From assembly GCA_034437815.1 (NCBI GenBank), contig DAOTTC010000019.1, positions 1,893-65,892 of the forward strand: a DNA stretch of 64,000 nucleotides, in the 5' to 3' direction. Position numbers and translations under genes: made by a program. This DNA is from Chloroflexia bacterium (GTDB lineage Bacteria > Chloroflexota > Chloroflexia > QHBQ01 > JADMIH01). The first letter of the stretch is position 1; every line of letters begins with the position of its first letter. Under the pieces are notes generated by a model that saw only the letters and a list, made by a program, of their open reading frames with translations, was not told the origin of the DNA and ran no database searches. Shown piece by piece: positions 25,768-36,800 of this stretch.

Positions 25768-27765
25768 ATGCCACCCTTGCATGGACGCGCAACCTCTTCA
25801 GAGGCCAATCGTCATAATTATCGAATGATGGTTATACGCTCGAAGGGCAATAGGCATAGGCGCAGGTATGCGTTCACAACGCTTCCATTGCTGGCTCTGT
25901 TTATAATGAGCACGGCGAGCGTGGGCATACCCGTTGGCCCTCAGCAGGCCCGCGCACAGCAAACGGGGACCGGGCGTTACTACCCTCAGACCGGTAAGAC
26001 GCTGGCCCCTGAATTCATCGCCTTCTACGACTCCAGAGGTGGCCTGCCCATTTTTGGCTATCCCCTCACAGATGTGGAGGTAGAGGGCGGGTACAGAGTG
26101 CAGTATCTGGAGCGCGCGCGCTTCGAATATCACCCGGAGCACCGCGGCACCCCCTATGAGGTGCAGTTGGGCCTGCTAGGCTCCATCCTGACTGCCGGGC
26201 GCTACTTCCCACCGGCCCCACCCGATCGGGCCAGCACCGTGCCGGGGCGCATGTACTTCCCAGAAACCGGTCATACCCTGTCCGAGCCTTTCCTGAGCTA
26301 CTGGCAGCGCAACGGTGGGCTGGCGCTGTTCGGCTACCCCATATCCGAGCCGGTGCAGGAGGGTGGCTACACTGTGCAGTACTTCCAGCGCAATCGCTTC
26401 GAGCATCACCCTGAATATGCGGGCACTGCGCACGAGGTGCAGTTGGGTCTGCTGGGGCGCGACCTGCTGGCCCAGAGAGTGCAGATCCGAGAGGGTCGAG
26501 TAAGCCTGCCCACCTACGCCTATGAGCAGGCGCTGTACACCCCTCCGGACGACGTGCTGGCCCCTTACCCCAGACTGGACTTCAGCAAGATAGGCTCGCC
26601 CACCATGCGCTCTTACCGCCTGATAGTCATGGAGAACCGCTACCTGCGGTTGAGCATCATGCCTGAGCTTGGGGGCCGCCTGTACGAGGCGGTATACAAG
26701 CCCACGGGCCACAACCAACTCTACCGCAACCCGGTGGTCAAGCCTTCGCCTTTTGGGGCGCGCGGCTGGTGGCTGGGGGTGGGTGGCACCGAATGGGCTG
26801 CGCCCACTGAGGAACACGGCTTGATGGAGTACCTGCCGTGGGATGCGGATGTACAGCGCAACACCGACGGCGGTGCTACTGTCATCGTAAGCGCCACCGA
26901 TAGGCTCACTGGTATGAAAGTGATAGTGGGGGTCACCCTCGGCCCGGAAGAGAGCGCCTACACCATCTCTGCGCGTATGGAGAACCGCACGGCCCGCCGG
27001 CAGTCCGGCCAGTTATGGGCCAACACCATGCTCGCGCCGGGCGGCACCAACTACATCCCTCCTCGTACCCGCTTCGTGGTGCCCACCGACCAGATGGTGG
27101 TGCACAGCACCGACGACCCCGCCCTGCCCCCTGCGCGTGGCGTGATCGGCTGGCCCCGACACGAGGGCCGGGACCTGTCCGACCTGTCTACTTGGCAGGG
27201 GTGGCTGGGGGCATTCGCCTTGCCCGGCCCCACACGCGGCAGTTTCGCGGCGGTGTATAACCTCGATGCCGACGAGGGTATGGTCAAGACTTTCGATGGC
27301 GGCAAGATGCCCGGACTCAAGATATTCTCGTTCGGACCGAATTTCGACCCGCAGTTGTACACGGACGACCGATCTGGTTATGTGGAGCTGTGGGGTGGCA
27401 TAACCCCCACCTTCTGGGACAACGCAGTGTTCCAACCCAACACCGCGTTGGGCTGGGTGGAACGGTGGCAGCCGGTGGCCGGATTAGAAGGGGTGAGCAT
27501 TGCCGGCGGCTGGGGCACCGTGTCTGTGCAGGGGGGCGCGGTCAGGATACTGCCGGTAAGGCGCGTCGAGAGGGCCACACTGCTGGTTCGCACGGCTGAG
27601 GGACAAGTGCTGCGCCAGACCTTCAACGCCTCCCCCGACCGCCCCACCATCGTTACTATCTCCTCGCCCTCGTCGTCACCCTCGGCTCCGCCCCCGAGCG
27701 TGCGCGAGATCGAAGTGCTGGGCACGGATGGCAGAAGCGTGCTGAAGGGCGCACCGGTCAGGTAG
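25768..27765 (+). CDS. Secreted protein: two copies of the ~75-aa repeat module plus a large C-terminal domain (DUF5107-like, tentative)
   Basis: A GGAGAGGGGAG RBS precedes ATG 25768. A basic and hydrophobic signal region is present. The repeats (nt 25975-26475) are homologous to those at the GH18 C-terminus. Confidence 0.8.
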   Translation: MPPLHGRATSSEANRHNYRMMVIRSKGNRHRRRYAFTTLPLLALFIMSTASVGIPVGPQQARAQQTGTGRYYPQTGKTLAPEFIAFYDSRGGLPIFGYPLTDVEVEGGYRVQYLERARFEYHPEHRGTPYEVQLGLLGSILTAGRYFPPAPPDRASTVPGRMYFPETGHTLSEPFLSYWQRNGGLALFGYPISEPVQEGGYTVQYFQRNRFEHHPEYAGTAHEVQLGLLGRDLLAQRVQIREGRVSLPTYAYEQALYTPPDDVLAPYPRLDFSKIGSPTMRSYRLIVMENRYLRLSIMPELGGRLYEAVYKPTGHNQLYRNPVVKPSPFGARGWWLGVGGTEWAAPTEEHGLMEYLPWDADVQRNTDGGATVIVSATDRLTGMKVIVGVTLGPEESAYTISARMENRTARRQSGQLWANTMLAPGGTNYIPPRTRFVVPTDQMVVHSTDDPALPPARGVIGWPRHEGRDLSDLSTWQGWLGAFALPGPTRGSFAAVYNLDADEGMVKTFDGGKMPGLKIFSFGPNFDPQLYTDDRSGYVELWGGITPTFWDNAVFQPNTALGWVERWQPVAGLEGVSIAGGWGTVSVQGGAVRILPVRRVERATLLVRTAEGQVLRQTFNASPDRPTIVTISSPSSSPSAPPPSVREIEVLGTDGRSVLKGAPVR

Positions 27766-27795
27766 CCACGCCACGCGGTAAGCAGAGCCGCGAGG

Positions 27796-28317
27796 TCAGC
27801 CAAGCTCTTCGTCCGGGCCGGCTTCGTCCAATGCTTCGTCCTCGCCATCGTAGCCGCCGCCCAGAGCCTCCGGGTCCAAGTCCTCCATCACTTTGTCGGG
27901 GTCTTCGCCCGCCTCGATGCGGGCCAGCGCACGGTCGAACTCAGGACCCAGATCGGCCTCCGGGCCGAGGGTCTCTTTCATGCGGCGTGCCCAGCGGGCG
28001 ATGGCGCGCGGGTCCTCATCGTCAAGCCCCTCCAGCATCGGGTCCATGCTGCTCATGCCCATGCCCATGCCCATATCTTCATCGTCAGGACCGCCGCCAT
28101 CGTAATCCCCATAATCGCCGTAATCTTCATCGCCTGAGGTGGAGGTGCTGCCTCTTATGGTATAGGCTCGGGACATGAGGCGCGTCAACTCGGCACTGCC
28201 ACAACGCGGGCAGTGTACCTCGCCGGCGGCAGTGCGGCTGTCGGCGGCGCTGATGCTGGGGAAGAACACACTCACCCTTCGCTTGCACTGGCCGCATCTA
28301 TACTCGTAGATAGGCAT
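27796..28317 (-). CDS. FmdB-family zinc-ribbon protein with a long acidic tail
   Basis: MPIYEYRCGQCKRR...CPRCGS, followed by an Asp/Glu/Gly-rich low-complexity C-terminus. Confidence 0.85.
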   Translation of the reverse strand: MPIYEYRCGQCKRRVSVFFPSISAADSRTAAGEVHCPRCGSAELTRLMSRAYTIRGSTSTSGDEDYGDYGDYDGGGPDDEDMGMGMGMSSMDPMLEGLDDEDPRAIARWARRMKETLGPEADLGPEFDRALARIEAGEDPDKVMEDLDPEALGGGYDGEDEALDEAGPDEELG

Positions 28318-28587
28318 AGGTCAAGTTACCACCATATCCGATAATGCCATGAAAATTGTAGCGCAGGCCGTGTGTGCGTGCAAGCTCAGAAAAGATTTCA
28401 GTGGCGTGCTTCCCCCTCATGGGGGTTGAGGGGTGAGGGTTCAAGCTGATCTCTACGCAGTGTGATATAATTCGTGTAGCGCATTAACCCATTAACTCCA
28501 ACTTCGCTCCGACTCCCCAATCATCAAGGCTATTGCATGTATTCATGCAATGTGTTGGTGGGAGGAGGTCATATCCGGGGAGAAGAG

Positions 28588-28649
28588 AGGGTCGGGAGAG
28601 GGCGAAGCTTTCCCACCGTTGCGCACCAAGTGCCATGAAGTAGCACTAG
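28588..28649 (+). repeat. Dispersed intergenic element, copy 3 (abuts the mutS start)
   Basis: The head AGGGTCGGGAGAGGGC and tail ttgcgcaccaagtgccATGAAGTAGCACTAG closely match the 51848-51918 copy. Confidence 0.6.
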
Positions 28650-28657
28650 GAAGGGGT

Positions 28658-31543
28658 GTGGCCTTGGCCGAGACGCCGCTGCGCCGCCAGTACCTGCAAA
28701 TCAAAAAGCAATACCCCGACACCATCGTCTTCTTCCGCCTCGGCGACTTCTACGAGACGTTCGACGAGGATGCGGCTATCGTGTCGAGGGTGTGCGACGT
28801 GGTGCTCACCTCGCGACCCACGTCCAAAGACGAGCGCATACCCATGGCCGGGGTGCCCTATCACTCGGCGGAGGGCTACATAGCCAAGCTGGTGCAGGCC
28901 GGCTACAAGGTAGCCATAGCCGAGCAGTTGTCGGCGCCCACGGTGGACGAGGAGACCGCCGCCCGCCGCATCCGGCTGGGCAAGAAAGAGGCCCCCCTCA
29001 CAGCCAACTGGTCCGAGCAGGGCGTGCCCAACTACAAAGTAGGCAAAGGGCGTGAGCTGGTAGAGCGCGACGTGGTGCGCGTGGTCACCCCCGGCACCGT
29101 CACCGAGCCGGGCATGCTGGATGAGCGGCGCAACAACTACATCGCCGCTGTAATTGTGGAACGCGACGCGGCGGGCATCGCCTATGCCGACGTGAGCACC
29201 GGCGAGTTCGCCACCACCGAAATCCACCGCCCGCCCGCCGAACTGCACCTCGCCGTACAGCAAGAGCTGGACCGCCTGCGTCCCGCCGAACTGCTGGTGC
29301 CCGATGAACAGGCAGGCGGGCGTGCCGAGCACAGCACGGGGCCAAAGGCTTACCGGGCATGGGCACGTGGGGAGGCGGAAGCGAGCAAACCCCCATACCT
29401 GCGGCCCGATGGGTCGAACGGCCACCGCGCACGACAGGCCGCCGGCGGGAATGGCGAGGCCCCGCACCATGCGCAGTTCACCCCTCGCGCGGATGGCGCG
29501 CACATTACCGGCACGCCGGCGCACGACTGGGCGCTGGAGCCAGCCCGCCGCCGCCTGCTGCAACACTTTTCGGCGACCTCGCTTGAACCATACGGGTGTG
29601 CGCGCCTGCCACTCGCCATCAGGGCCGCAGGCGCACTGCTGGCTTACGTGGGCGAGACCAACCGCTCGGCCCTGCAACAGCTCGCCCGGCTGGTCACCTA
29701 TTCCACCGAGCAGTACATGACGCTGGACCCGCAGACGAGGCGCAACCTCGAACTGACCGACTCGCCCGGCGGCAGGCGCAACTCCCTGCTGGCCGTGCTG
29801 GACGAGACGCGCACGCCCATGGGGTCGCGCCTGCTGTCGCGCTGGCTCAACCAGCCCCTGCTGGACCTGCACCGCCTGCGTGCCCGTCAGGACGCCGTGC
29901 AGGCCTTCGTGGACAACGGCACCCTGCGAGCCGAGGTACGCTCACTGCTCAATAACCTGCCCGATATGGAGCGGCTGACCACGCGTGCCGTGCAGGGCAC
30001 AGCCGGCCCGCGCGAACTGCTGTCGCTCAAGACCGCCCTCGACAGGCTGCCCGACCTGCACGCGGTGCTGTCGCAGGTCACGGGGGAGGCAGGCAGGGTG
30101 CTCGGCCCCTTGTCCGGGCGAGTTCAACCCTGTCAGGAGCTTGCCGACCTCATCGGCAGGGCCATCGCCGACGACCCACCTGCCGTGCTGGGCACAGGCG
30201 AGGCCATCCGCCCCGGCTTCAACCCTGAGCTGGACAACCTGCGCACCGCCGCTCACGACGCCAAGGCGTGGATAGCCGGTCTGGAAGCACGTGAGCGGCA
30301 CAGAACCGGCATCAAAAGCCTCAAGGTGGGCTACAACAAGGTGTTCGGCTATTACATCGAGGTGTCCAACGCCAACGCCGGCGCCGTGCCCGCCGACTAC
30401 ATCCGCAAGCAAACGCTGGTGGGTGCCGAGCGCTACGTCACCCCAGAACTCAAAGAGTACGAGTCGCTCATCCTCAGCGCGCAGGAGCGGCTGGTAGAGC
30501 TTGAGCGGGCGGCCTTTCAGGAGGTGCTCAGGCAGGTGGCGGCAGGCTCGGCGCGGTTGATGCAGGTGGCCGAGGCGCTAGCTATGCTGGACGTGTTCTG
30601 CTCGCTGGCCGAGGTGGCCGTGCGCTACAACTACGTGCGCCCGCATCTGGACGATGGCCCGGTGATCCGCATCCGCGAAGGGCGTCACCCGGTGGTGGAG
30701 CGCACCCTTCAGGACGAACTGTTCGTGCCCAACGACACCCATCTGGACAACCGGGACGCGCAGATAATCATCCTCACCGGGCCGAACATGGCGGGCAAGA
30801 GCGTGTACATCAAGCAGGCGGCCCTGATCGTACTGCTGGCGCAGGTGGGCTCGTTCGTGCCCGCAGAGGAGGCGCACATCGGGCTGGTGGACCGCATCTT
30901 CACCCGCGTGGGCGCACAGGACGACATCGCCACGGGCCGCTCCACGTTCATGGTGGAGATGGAAGAGACTGCCTTCATATTGAACCACGCCACCAGCCGC
31001 TCGCTGATCGTGCTGGACGAGATAGGGCGGGGCACCTCCACCTACGACGGGCTAGCGATCGCACGCGCGGTGGTGGAATATATACATAATTCGCCGCGCC
31101 TTGGGGCCAAGACGCTGTTCGCCACCCACTACCATGAACTGACCGAGCTTGAGAAGCTGTTGCCCAGAGTGCGCAATTACAACGTGGCGGTGGCCGAGGA
31201 CGGGGAGAAGGTGGTGTTCTTGCACAAGATCGTGCCGGGCGGAGCCGACCGCTCCTACGGCATACACGTAGCGCGGCTGGCCGGCCTGCCCCGCGCTATC
31301 CTGCGCCGCGCCGAAGACATCCTGCAAGACCTCGAATCGAGCGGAGCTAAGGAGACGCGCCGCAAGGCTATGCAGCAACCCGCCAGCGCCGACGGCGACC
31401 ACAGGCAGATGCCCCTGCCTTTCACACCCATCGCTGACCCTATACGCGAGCAGTTGCGCGCTCTGCGTCCCGAAGAGATGTCCCCATTGGAGGCGCTGGG
31501 TGTGCTGTACGAGCTGCATAGAAAGGCGCAGGAAGGGGATTAG
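28658..31543 (+). CDS. mutS: DNA mismatch repair protein MutS (with lineage-specific insertions)
   Basis: TPLRRQYLQIK...FFRLGDFYETF, Walker A GPNMAGKS, and DEIGRGTSTYDG. The start is GTG 28658 or TTG 28664, just after the repeat element. ORF-track start 28550 was rejected. Confidence 0.93.
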   Translation: MALAETPLRRQYLQIKKQYPDTIVFFRLGDFYETFDEDAAIVSRVCDVVLTSRPTSKDERIPMAGVPYHSAEGYIAKLVQAGYKVAIAEQLSAPTVDEETAARRIRLGKKEAPLTANWSEQGVPNYKVGKGRELVERDVVRVVTPGTVTEPGMLDERRNNYIAAVIVERDAAGIAYADVSTGEFATTEIHRPPAELHLAVQQELDRLRPAELLVPDEQAGGRAEHSTGPKAYRAWARGEAEASKPPYLRPDGSNGHRARQAAGGNGEAPHHAQFTPRADGAHITGTPAHDWALEPARRRLLQHFSATSLEPYGCARLPLAIRAAGALLAYVGETNRSALQQLARLVTYSTEQYMTLDPQTRRNLELTDSPGGRRNSLLAVLDETRTPMGSRLLSRWLNQPLLDLHRLRARQDAVQAFVDNGTLRAEVRSLLNNLPDMERLTTRAVQGTAGPRELLSLKTALDRLPDLHAVLSQVTGEAGRVLGPLSGRVQPCQELADLIGRAIADDPPAVLGTGEAIRPGFNPELDNLRTAAHDAKAWIAGLEARERHRTGIKSLKVGYNKVFGYYIEVSNANAGAVPADYIRKQTLVGAERYVTPELKEYESLILSAQERLVELERAAFQEVLRQVAAGSARLMQVAEALAMLDVFCSLAEVAVRYNYVRPHLDDGPVIRIREGRHPVVERTLQDELFVPNDTHLDNRDAQIIILTGPNMAGKSVYIKQAALIVLLAQVGSFVPAEEAHIGLVDRIFTRVGAQDDIATGRSTFMVEMEETAFILNHATSRSLIVLDEIGRGTSTYDGLAIARAVVEYIHNSPRLGAKTLFATHYHELTELEKLLPRVRNYNVAVAEDGEKVVFLHKIVPGGADRSYGIHVARLAGLPRAILRRAEDILQDLESSGAKETRRKAMQQPASADGDHRQMPLPFTPIADPIREQLRALRPEEMSPLEALGVLYELHRKAQEGD

Positions 31544-31850
31544 CCTCCGATCCCCCTGCTAAAGCACCCGTCCCCTGCTATTGGTGGGCGTCTCGCCCAC
31601 GCTTCCGTTAACCTTCACCCCCGGCCACTCTCCCACAAGGGGGGTGGAGGTGTGTAGTGGCCGTGTGGTTGTTGTGCAGGCTGTACAGCCTGTAACAGCC
31701 CCTCTCCCATGAAGGGAGAGGGGTAGGGGTGAGGGTGAGGGTATGGGTAACCACCGGGATAATTCCTTTATATTCCCATAGCGATATGGTAACATTACGG
31801 TTAGAAACCCCGAGGGCATTACGTGTTGATGATTGACCACTGACAACGGC

Positions 31851-33746
31851 ATGCTTATCGAACTGAACATCTCTAATTTCGCTATCATAGACGACTTGCA
31901 TCTACGCCTCGGACCGGGCTTCAATGCGCTGACCGGCGAGACGGGCGCGGGCAAATCAATCATCATTGACGCTCTGGGTGCCCTGCTCGGGTCCAAGACA
32001 GGACCCGAGTTCGTACGCCATGGCTCGCAGACCGCCCGCGTAGAAGGCCTGTTCGACCTGACGCGGATGCACCCCACCCCGCTAGGGCAATTGCGCACGA
32101 TGCTGGCGGAAGGCGGGCTGTCGGACAGCGATGACGGCAGCGATGACACCATCATCATCACCCGCGAGATACATTCATCGGGGCGCACGGTAGCACGCAT
32201 CAACGGGCGATTGGTCAACCTGTCGACGCTCCAGCAGATCGGCGAACTGCTCGTAGATATACACGGGCAGAGCGAGCACGTGTCCCTGCACAGGACTGCC
32301 ACCCACATTGACCTGTTGGACCAGTATGCGGGGTTGGCCGACGAGCGCCGCACCATGGCCGAGCTTGTGGCCCGACTGCGTGCCGCGGCCCGGGAACTGC
32401 GCGACCTCCAGCGTGACGAGCGCGAGCTGGCCCGTCGCGCCGACCTGCTCACCTATCAGGTTGAAGAGATAAGTAGGGCCGCCGTCCACCCCGGCGAAGA
32501 CGAAGAGCTGGCGCGGGAGCGCTCGCGCCTGCTCAACTCGGAGAAGCTGTCGGCGCTGTGCGACTCCATATATGCCCTGCTCATCGAGGCCGAGGGCGAA
32601 GAAAGCGCCTATGGAGTGCGCGGTGGGGCACGCGGCGGGGCCGGTCGGGTGGCCTCCATGCCCGCTATGCCTGCCCCCTCTACTTCGGTACGCGACATGC
32701 TGGGCGATGCCTCGGCCATGCTGGCTGAACTGGCCCGCCTCGACCCTTCGATGGAGCAGCACCAGACCACCATTGATGCCCTCTACGACAGCGTGGAGGA
32801 GCTTGGCAGGGCGCTGCGTGCCTATCGCGAGAGTGTTGAGCACGACCCGGCCCGTCTGGAAGAGATCGAGGAGCGCTTGTCGCTGTTGCACGAACTCAAA
32901 CGCAAGTACGGCCCCACGCTGGAGGACGTGATAGCGTTCGGCGAGCGGGCCGCGCAGGAGCTGGACGCCATCACCCATAGCGAGGAGCGCGTGGCCGCCC
33001 TGCAAGAGCAATGCGAGCGGCTGGGCAAAGAGATAGGCGAACTGGCCGCCCACATGTCGGCTGTGCGCGAGCAGGCGGGCGAGCGGCTGGCGCGGGCGGT
33101 GGAGGGCGCGATGAAGGACCTGCTGATGGGTTCCACAAAGTTCAAGGTGGACTTTACCCGCACGCCGGACGAAGAGGGCGTGCCCCTGCCGGGGCGCGAG
33201 GGCAGATGGGCCTTCTCTGAGAAGGGCGTGGACCGCGTTGAGTTCCTCATATCACCCAACCCCGGCGAACCGCTCAAGCCACTCGCCAAAATAGCTTCAG
33301 GTGGCGAGACCTCGCGCCTTATGCTGGCCCTCAAGTCCATCCTGTCCGAGGCGGACCTGACGCCCACACTAGTGTTCGACGAGGTGGACGTGGGTGTAGG
33401 TGGGCGCAGCGGCGGTGTGGTGGGCGAGAAGCTGTGGGGCCTGACCACCAGCCATCAGGTGCTGTGCATCACCCACCTGCCCCAGATCGCGGCATTTGCC
33501 GACAGCCATTTCAAGATCACCAAACAGGTGGTGGGCGAGCGCACCCGCACTCAGGTCGAAGAACTAGGTCCGCAGGAGCGGGAGCAAGAGATCGCGGCTA
33601 TGCTGGGAGGCCTGCCGGTCTCTAAAGAGGCTCTGGACAACGCCCGCCAGATTTTGAAGGAGACCACGCGCATCAAACAGCACAGGGCACGACAGGCCCG
33701 GCAGGCGGAGGTGCCGGGGGCGGTCACCGCCCCCACAGGCCCTTAG
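31851..33746 (+). CDS. recN: DNA repair protein RecN
   Basis: MLIELNISNFAIID...LTGETGAGKS, a long coiled coil, and a C-terminal ABC-like signature (SGGETSR, VFDEVD). Confidence 0.93.
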   Translation: MLIELNISNFAIIDDLHLRLGPGFNALTGETGAGKSIIIDALGALLGSKTGPEFVRHGSQTARVEGLFDLTRMHPTPLGQLRTMLAEGGLSDSDDGSDDTIIITREIHSSGRTVARINGRLVNLSTLQQIGELLVDIHGQSEHVSLHRTATHIDLLDQYAGLADERRTMAELVARLRAAARELRDLQRDERELARRADLLTYQVEEISRAAVHPGEDEELARERSRLLNSEKLSALCDSIYALLIEAEGEESAYGVRGGARGGAGRVASMPAMPAPSTSVRDMLGDASAMLAELARLDPSMEQHQTTIDALYDSVEELGRALRAYRESVEHDPARLEEIEERLSLLHELKRKYGPTLEDVIAFGERAAQELDAITHSEERVAALQEQCERLGKEIGELAAHMSAVREQAGERLARAVEGAMKDLLMGSTKFKVDFTRTPDEEGVPLPGREGRWAFSEKGVDRVEFLISPNPGEPLKPLAKIASGGETSRLMLALKSILSEADLTPTLVFDEVDVGVGGRSGGVVGEKLWGLTTSHQVLCITHLPQIAAFADSHFKITKQVVGERTRTQVEELGPQEREQEIAAMLGGLPVSKEALDNARQILKETTRIKQHRARQARQAEVPGAVTAPTGP

Positions 33747-33887
33747 CGCCTCGGCGCGGCGCTCTCCGAACAGTTCCGAACCCTGAACGGGGTGACCCGC
33801 ACAGAGTGGTTTATGGGGGCCAACGAGACCAAGTCGTAAGCGCACCACAGGAGTGGACGCCTCACCTCACTTCTCAAGGAGACGCAT

Positions 33888-36800
33888 TTGCTCACTCGGT
33901 TAGGTTACTATGCTGACAGGGTAATAGAGCACGGATGGCTGGCGGCGGCCATGCTGGTGCCGCTATTTTTCAACGTGTACACCAGCCGGGTGTTCGAGCC
34001 GGATAAGATCGCGCTGCTGAGGTCGCTGGTGTTGATCATGGCCGTGGCATGGCTGGTCAAGCTGTTCGAAGGGGGCTACCGGGCCTACCGGTTGTCGGAT
34101 GCACCCACTCGAGGGGGCAGGGCCATGGCCGCCGTGCAAGGCGCAACCGAGCGAGGCCTGCCCCCGTGGCTGGGCTTCCTGCGAGTGCCTATGGTGGTGC
34201 CCATTCTGGTGTACGCGCTGGCCTACTTGATCAGCACCCTGTTCACCGTCACCCCCGACGCCACGTTGTGGGGTTCCTACCAGCGTCTGCAAGGCACCTA
34301 CACTCAGTACAGCTACATATTGCTGGCCTTTCTGGTGATCGCCAACCTGCGCACCCGCGAGCAGTTGGAGCGGCTGGTGAATTTCATGCTGTTCACCTCG
34401 TTGCCCGTGGCCCTGTACGGCATGGTGCAGGCCATGCGCCTCGACCCCCTGCCGTGGGCGGGGGATACCGCCAGCCGCGTGGCCTCCACCATGGGCAATG
34501 CCATTTTCGTGGCCGCGTGGCTCATCATGGTGGTGCCCTTCACTTTGTACAGGCTGATGAACGGCATCAGTGAAGCGCTGGCCGAGCGCCGCGCTATGCC
34601 GGGCGAGGTCTGGCCACCCGCTTCGCGCACCTCACGCAAGTCGCGTGTAACCGCCCCGGCAGATGGGGGCGGTTACACATGGGCGGTGGTAGCCAACAGC
34701 GTGGGCATCATCATGGCCCAACTTTTCATCTTCTACTTCGCCCTCAAGCTGATTGCCGGGCTGTCCTTCCCCGATGCGCGCATGTGGCCCACCCTGCCGC
34801 TGACGCTGGCTACTTTCTACATCAGCATCTGGGCTATCGAGCGGCTGGGCAAACGCCGAGACGACCCGCTTCAGGTCAGCCTGTACATGCCGGCCATTGG
34901 GGCGGTGCTGTTCCTTGCGCTGTTCATGTCTATCCCCTTCTCATGGGGTATAGAGCGGGCCGGCGACCAGTCGTTGAACATACAGGTGGGCTTCGATGGT
35001 CTGGGTCTGTTGTGGGTGCTCTTCTTCATGTTCCTGTGGGGCGCGGTGGCCACGGGCGCGTATGCGCTGAGCGGGGGCGAACGCGTGCACGAAGAGCCCG
35101 GCATCGAGCGGCGCTTTATGCGCATGGCCCTCAACTGGGGCTACGGGCTGTTGATGACTGCGCAGTTGACCTGCATCTACCTCACTCAAAGCCGGGGGCC
35201 GTGGTTGGGGTTGGGCGCCGGGCTGGTGACTTTTGCGCTGGCGCTGTGGCTGGTGGGTCGCAGGAGGGGCATGCGCTGGATGGCACGCATAGGCGGGACG
35301 GTGTCGGCGCTGGTGCTGATGGTGGCGCTGTTCGTGGTCGCCCTGAACATCCCCGGCTCGCCCCTCAAGGCGCTGGACAGCTTGCCCGTGCTCGGCCGGG
35401 GCATCGAGAGGTTGAGCACCCTCACCCAGACCGATGTGGGCACGGGCAAGGTGCGCACCCTCATCTGGAAGGGCGCAACCGACCTGATCCTGTCCGATCC
35501 TGTGCGGGCCGTCATCGGCTGGGGACCGGAGGCCATGTACGTGGCCTACAGCCCATTCTACCCACCCGAACTTGCCCACTGGGAACTGCGCAACGCCACC
35601 CCCGACCGCTCGCACAATGTGGAGTTCGACCAACTGGTGACGGTGGGCGCACTGGGCCTGTTGGCCTACTACTTCCTCGTGGGCGCGTTCTTCTTTTATG
35701 GCATCCGCACTATTCGGCGGGCCGTGGGCACGCGCGATCAGCTTCTGGCTATCACGCTGGTGTCGGCCATGGCCGCGCACTTCATTGAAATCCAGACGGG
35801 CATACAGATAGCCGCCACTTGGACTTACTTCTACCTGATCATAGCCATGATGGTGGCTTTGGGCTACTTCATCACGGGCTATCTGCGTGTGAGTGGAGAT
35901 GCGTCGGCTTCGGCGGGGCAGGCATCGGGCGATGGCGCGGTGGAGGCGGATGTGCCCTCCGAGGCGTTGGCGCAACCGGTGGTGGCCGCCACCACCGGGC
36001 CGGGCGCATCTAAACGGACTTCGCAGGCGCTCAGAGCAGGGGTGGGGGGCGACGGCAGGCAGTCGGCCAGAGCGCAAAGCCCACAAGGCTCCAGAGGGCA
36101 GGGCCGCAACGGGGGCCAGCCGCGCCACGCGGATCCCCGCCAGAGGCAGGCGCGCCTGCCGGTGTCAGAGCGTGCTGCATCCCATGCCGACTGGATGCGC
36201 AACCCCGCGATGGCGGTGGTGTACGTGATAGTGGCCGTGGCAGTGCTCACCTTCATCTCGGCGGTGAACGTGGCTACCGTGCGGGCCGACACGCTGTACA
36301 AGCAGGGGCTTGCCTATGACAACGCCGGGCGCTGGCCTGAAAGCATAGAACTGTACAGCCGGGCAATTGCCCTGCAACCCAATCAGGATTATTACTACCT
36401 GTTCCTCGGTCGCGCATGGCTGGAGTTCGCCAAGCAAGCGGATCAGGAACAGGTCAACATGCGCCGATTCTACGAGTCGCAGGGCACCGTGCAGGAGCCA
36501 TATCTGGACCAGAAGGAGCAGGATAAGCAAAAAGCCGCCCGCGACGAGCAGGTCAAGCGCAGGGCTGAGAAAGAGTACCGGCTGAAGCAGAGCGAGGCGG
36601 TGCTCAAACGCGCCAACGAGCTCAACCCCCTGAACGCCGACCATTACGCCAACCTTGGTCGTCTGTACCTGTACTGGGGCGACCCAACCGGTGGCAACGA
36701 CCCGACCAAACAACCATTGGCCGTGCAGTACATGGAGAAGGCAGTGGGCCGCGCCCCCGGCAACGCTCAACTGTGGGACGAGCTGGCGGTGGCCTATTCG

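Noticed and set aside
28646-29872. 408-aa minus-strand ORF
   Set aside because: It is antisense to mutS, with no motifs, so it is a high-GC artefact.
31559-32452. 297-aa Ser/Arg-rich minus-strand ORF
   Set aside because: It is antisense to recN and to the repeat-rich intergenic region. Its extreme Ser/Arg low complexity is typical of an out-of-frame translation.
7332-36360. CTGTACAG / TGTACAG palindromes scattered at 7332, 8075, 15065, 20428, 31677-31692 and 36350, as a possible global motif
   Set aside because: Only about three exact 8-mers occur in 64 kb, some inside CDS, which is not clearly above chance. The locally dense clusters at 7332-7373 and 9964-10237 are reported separately.
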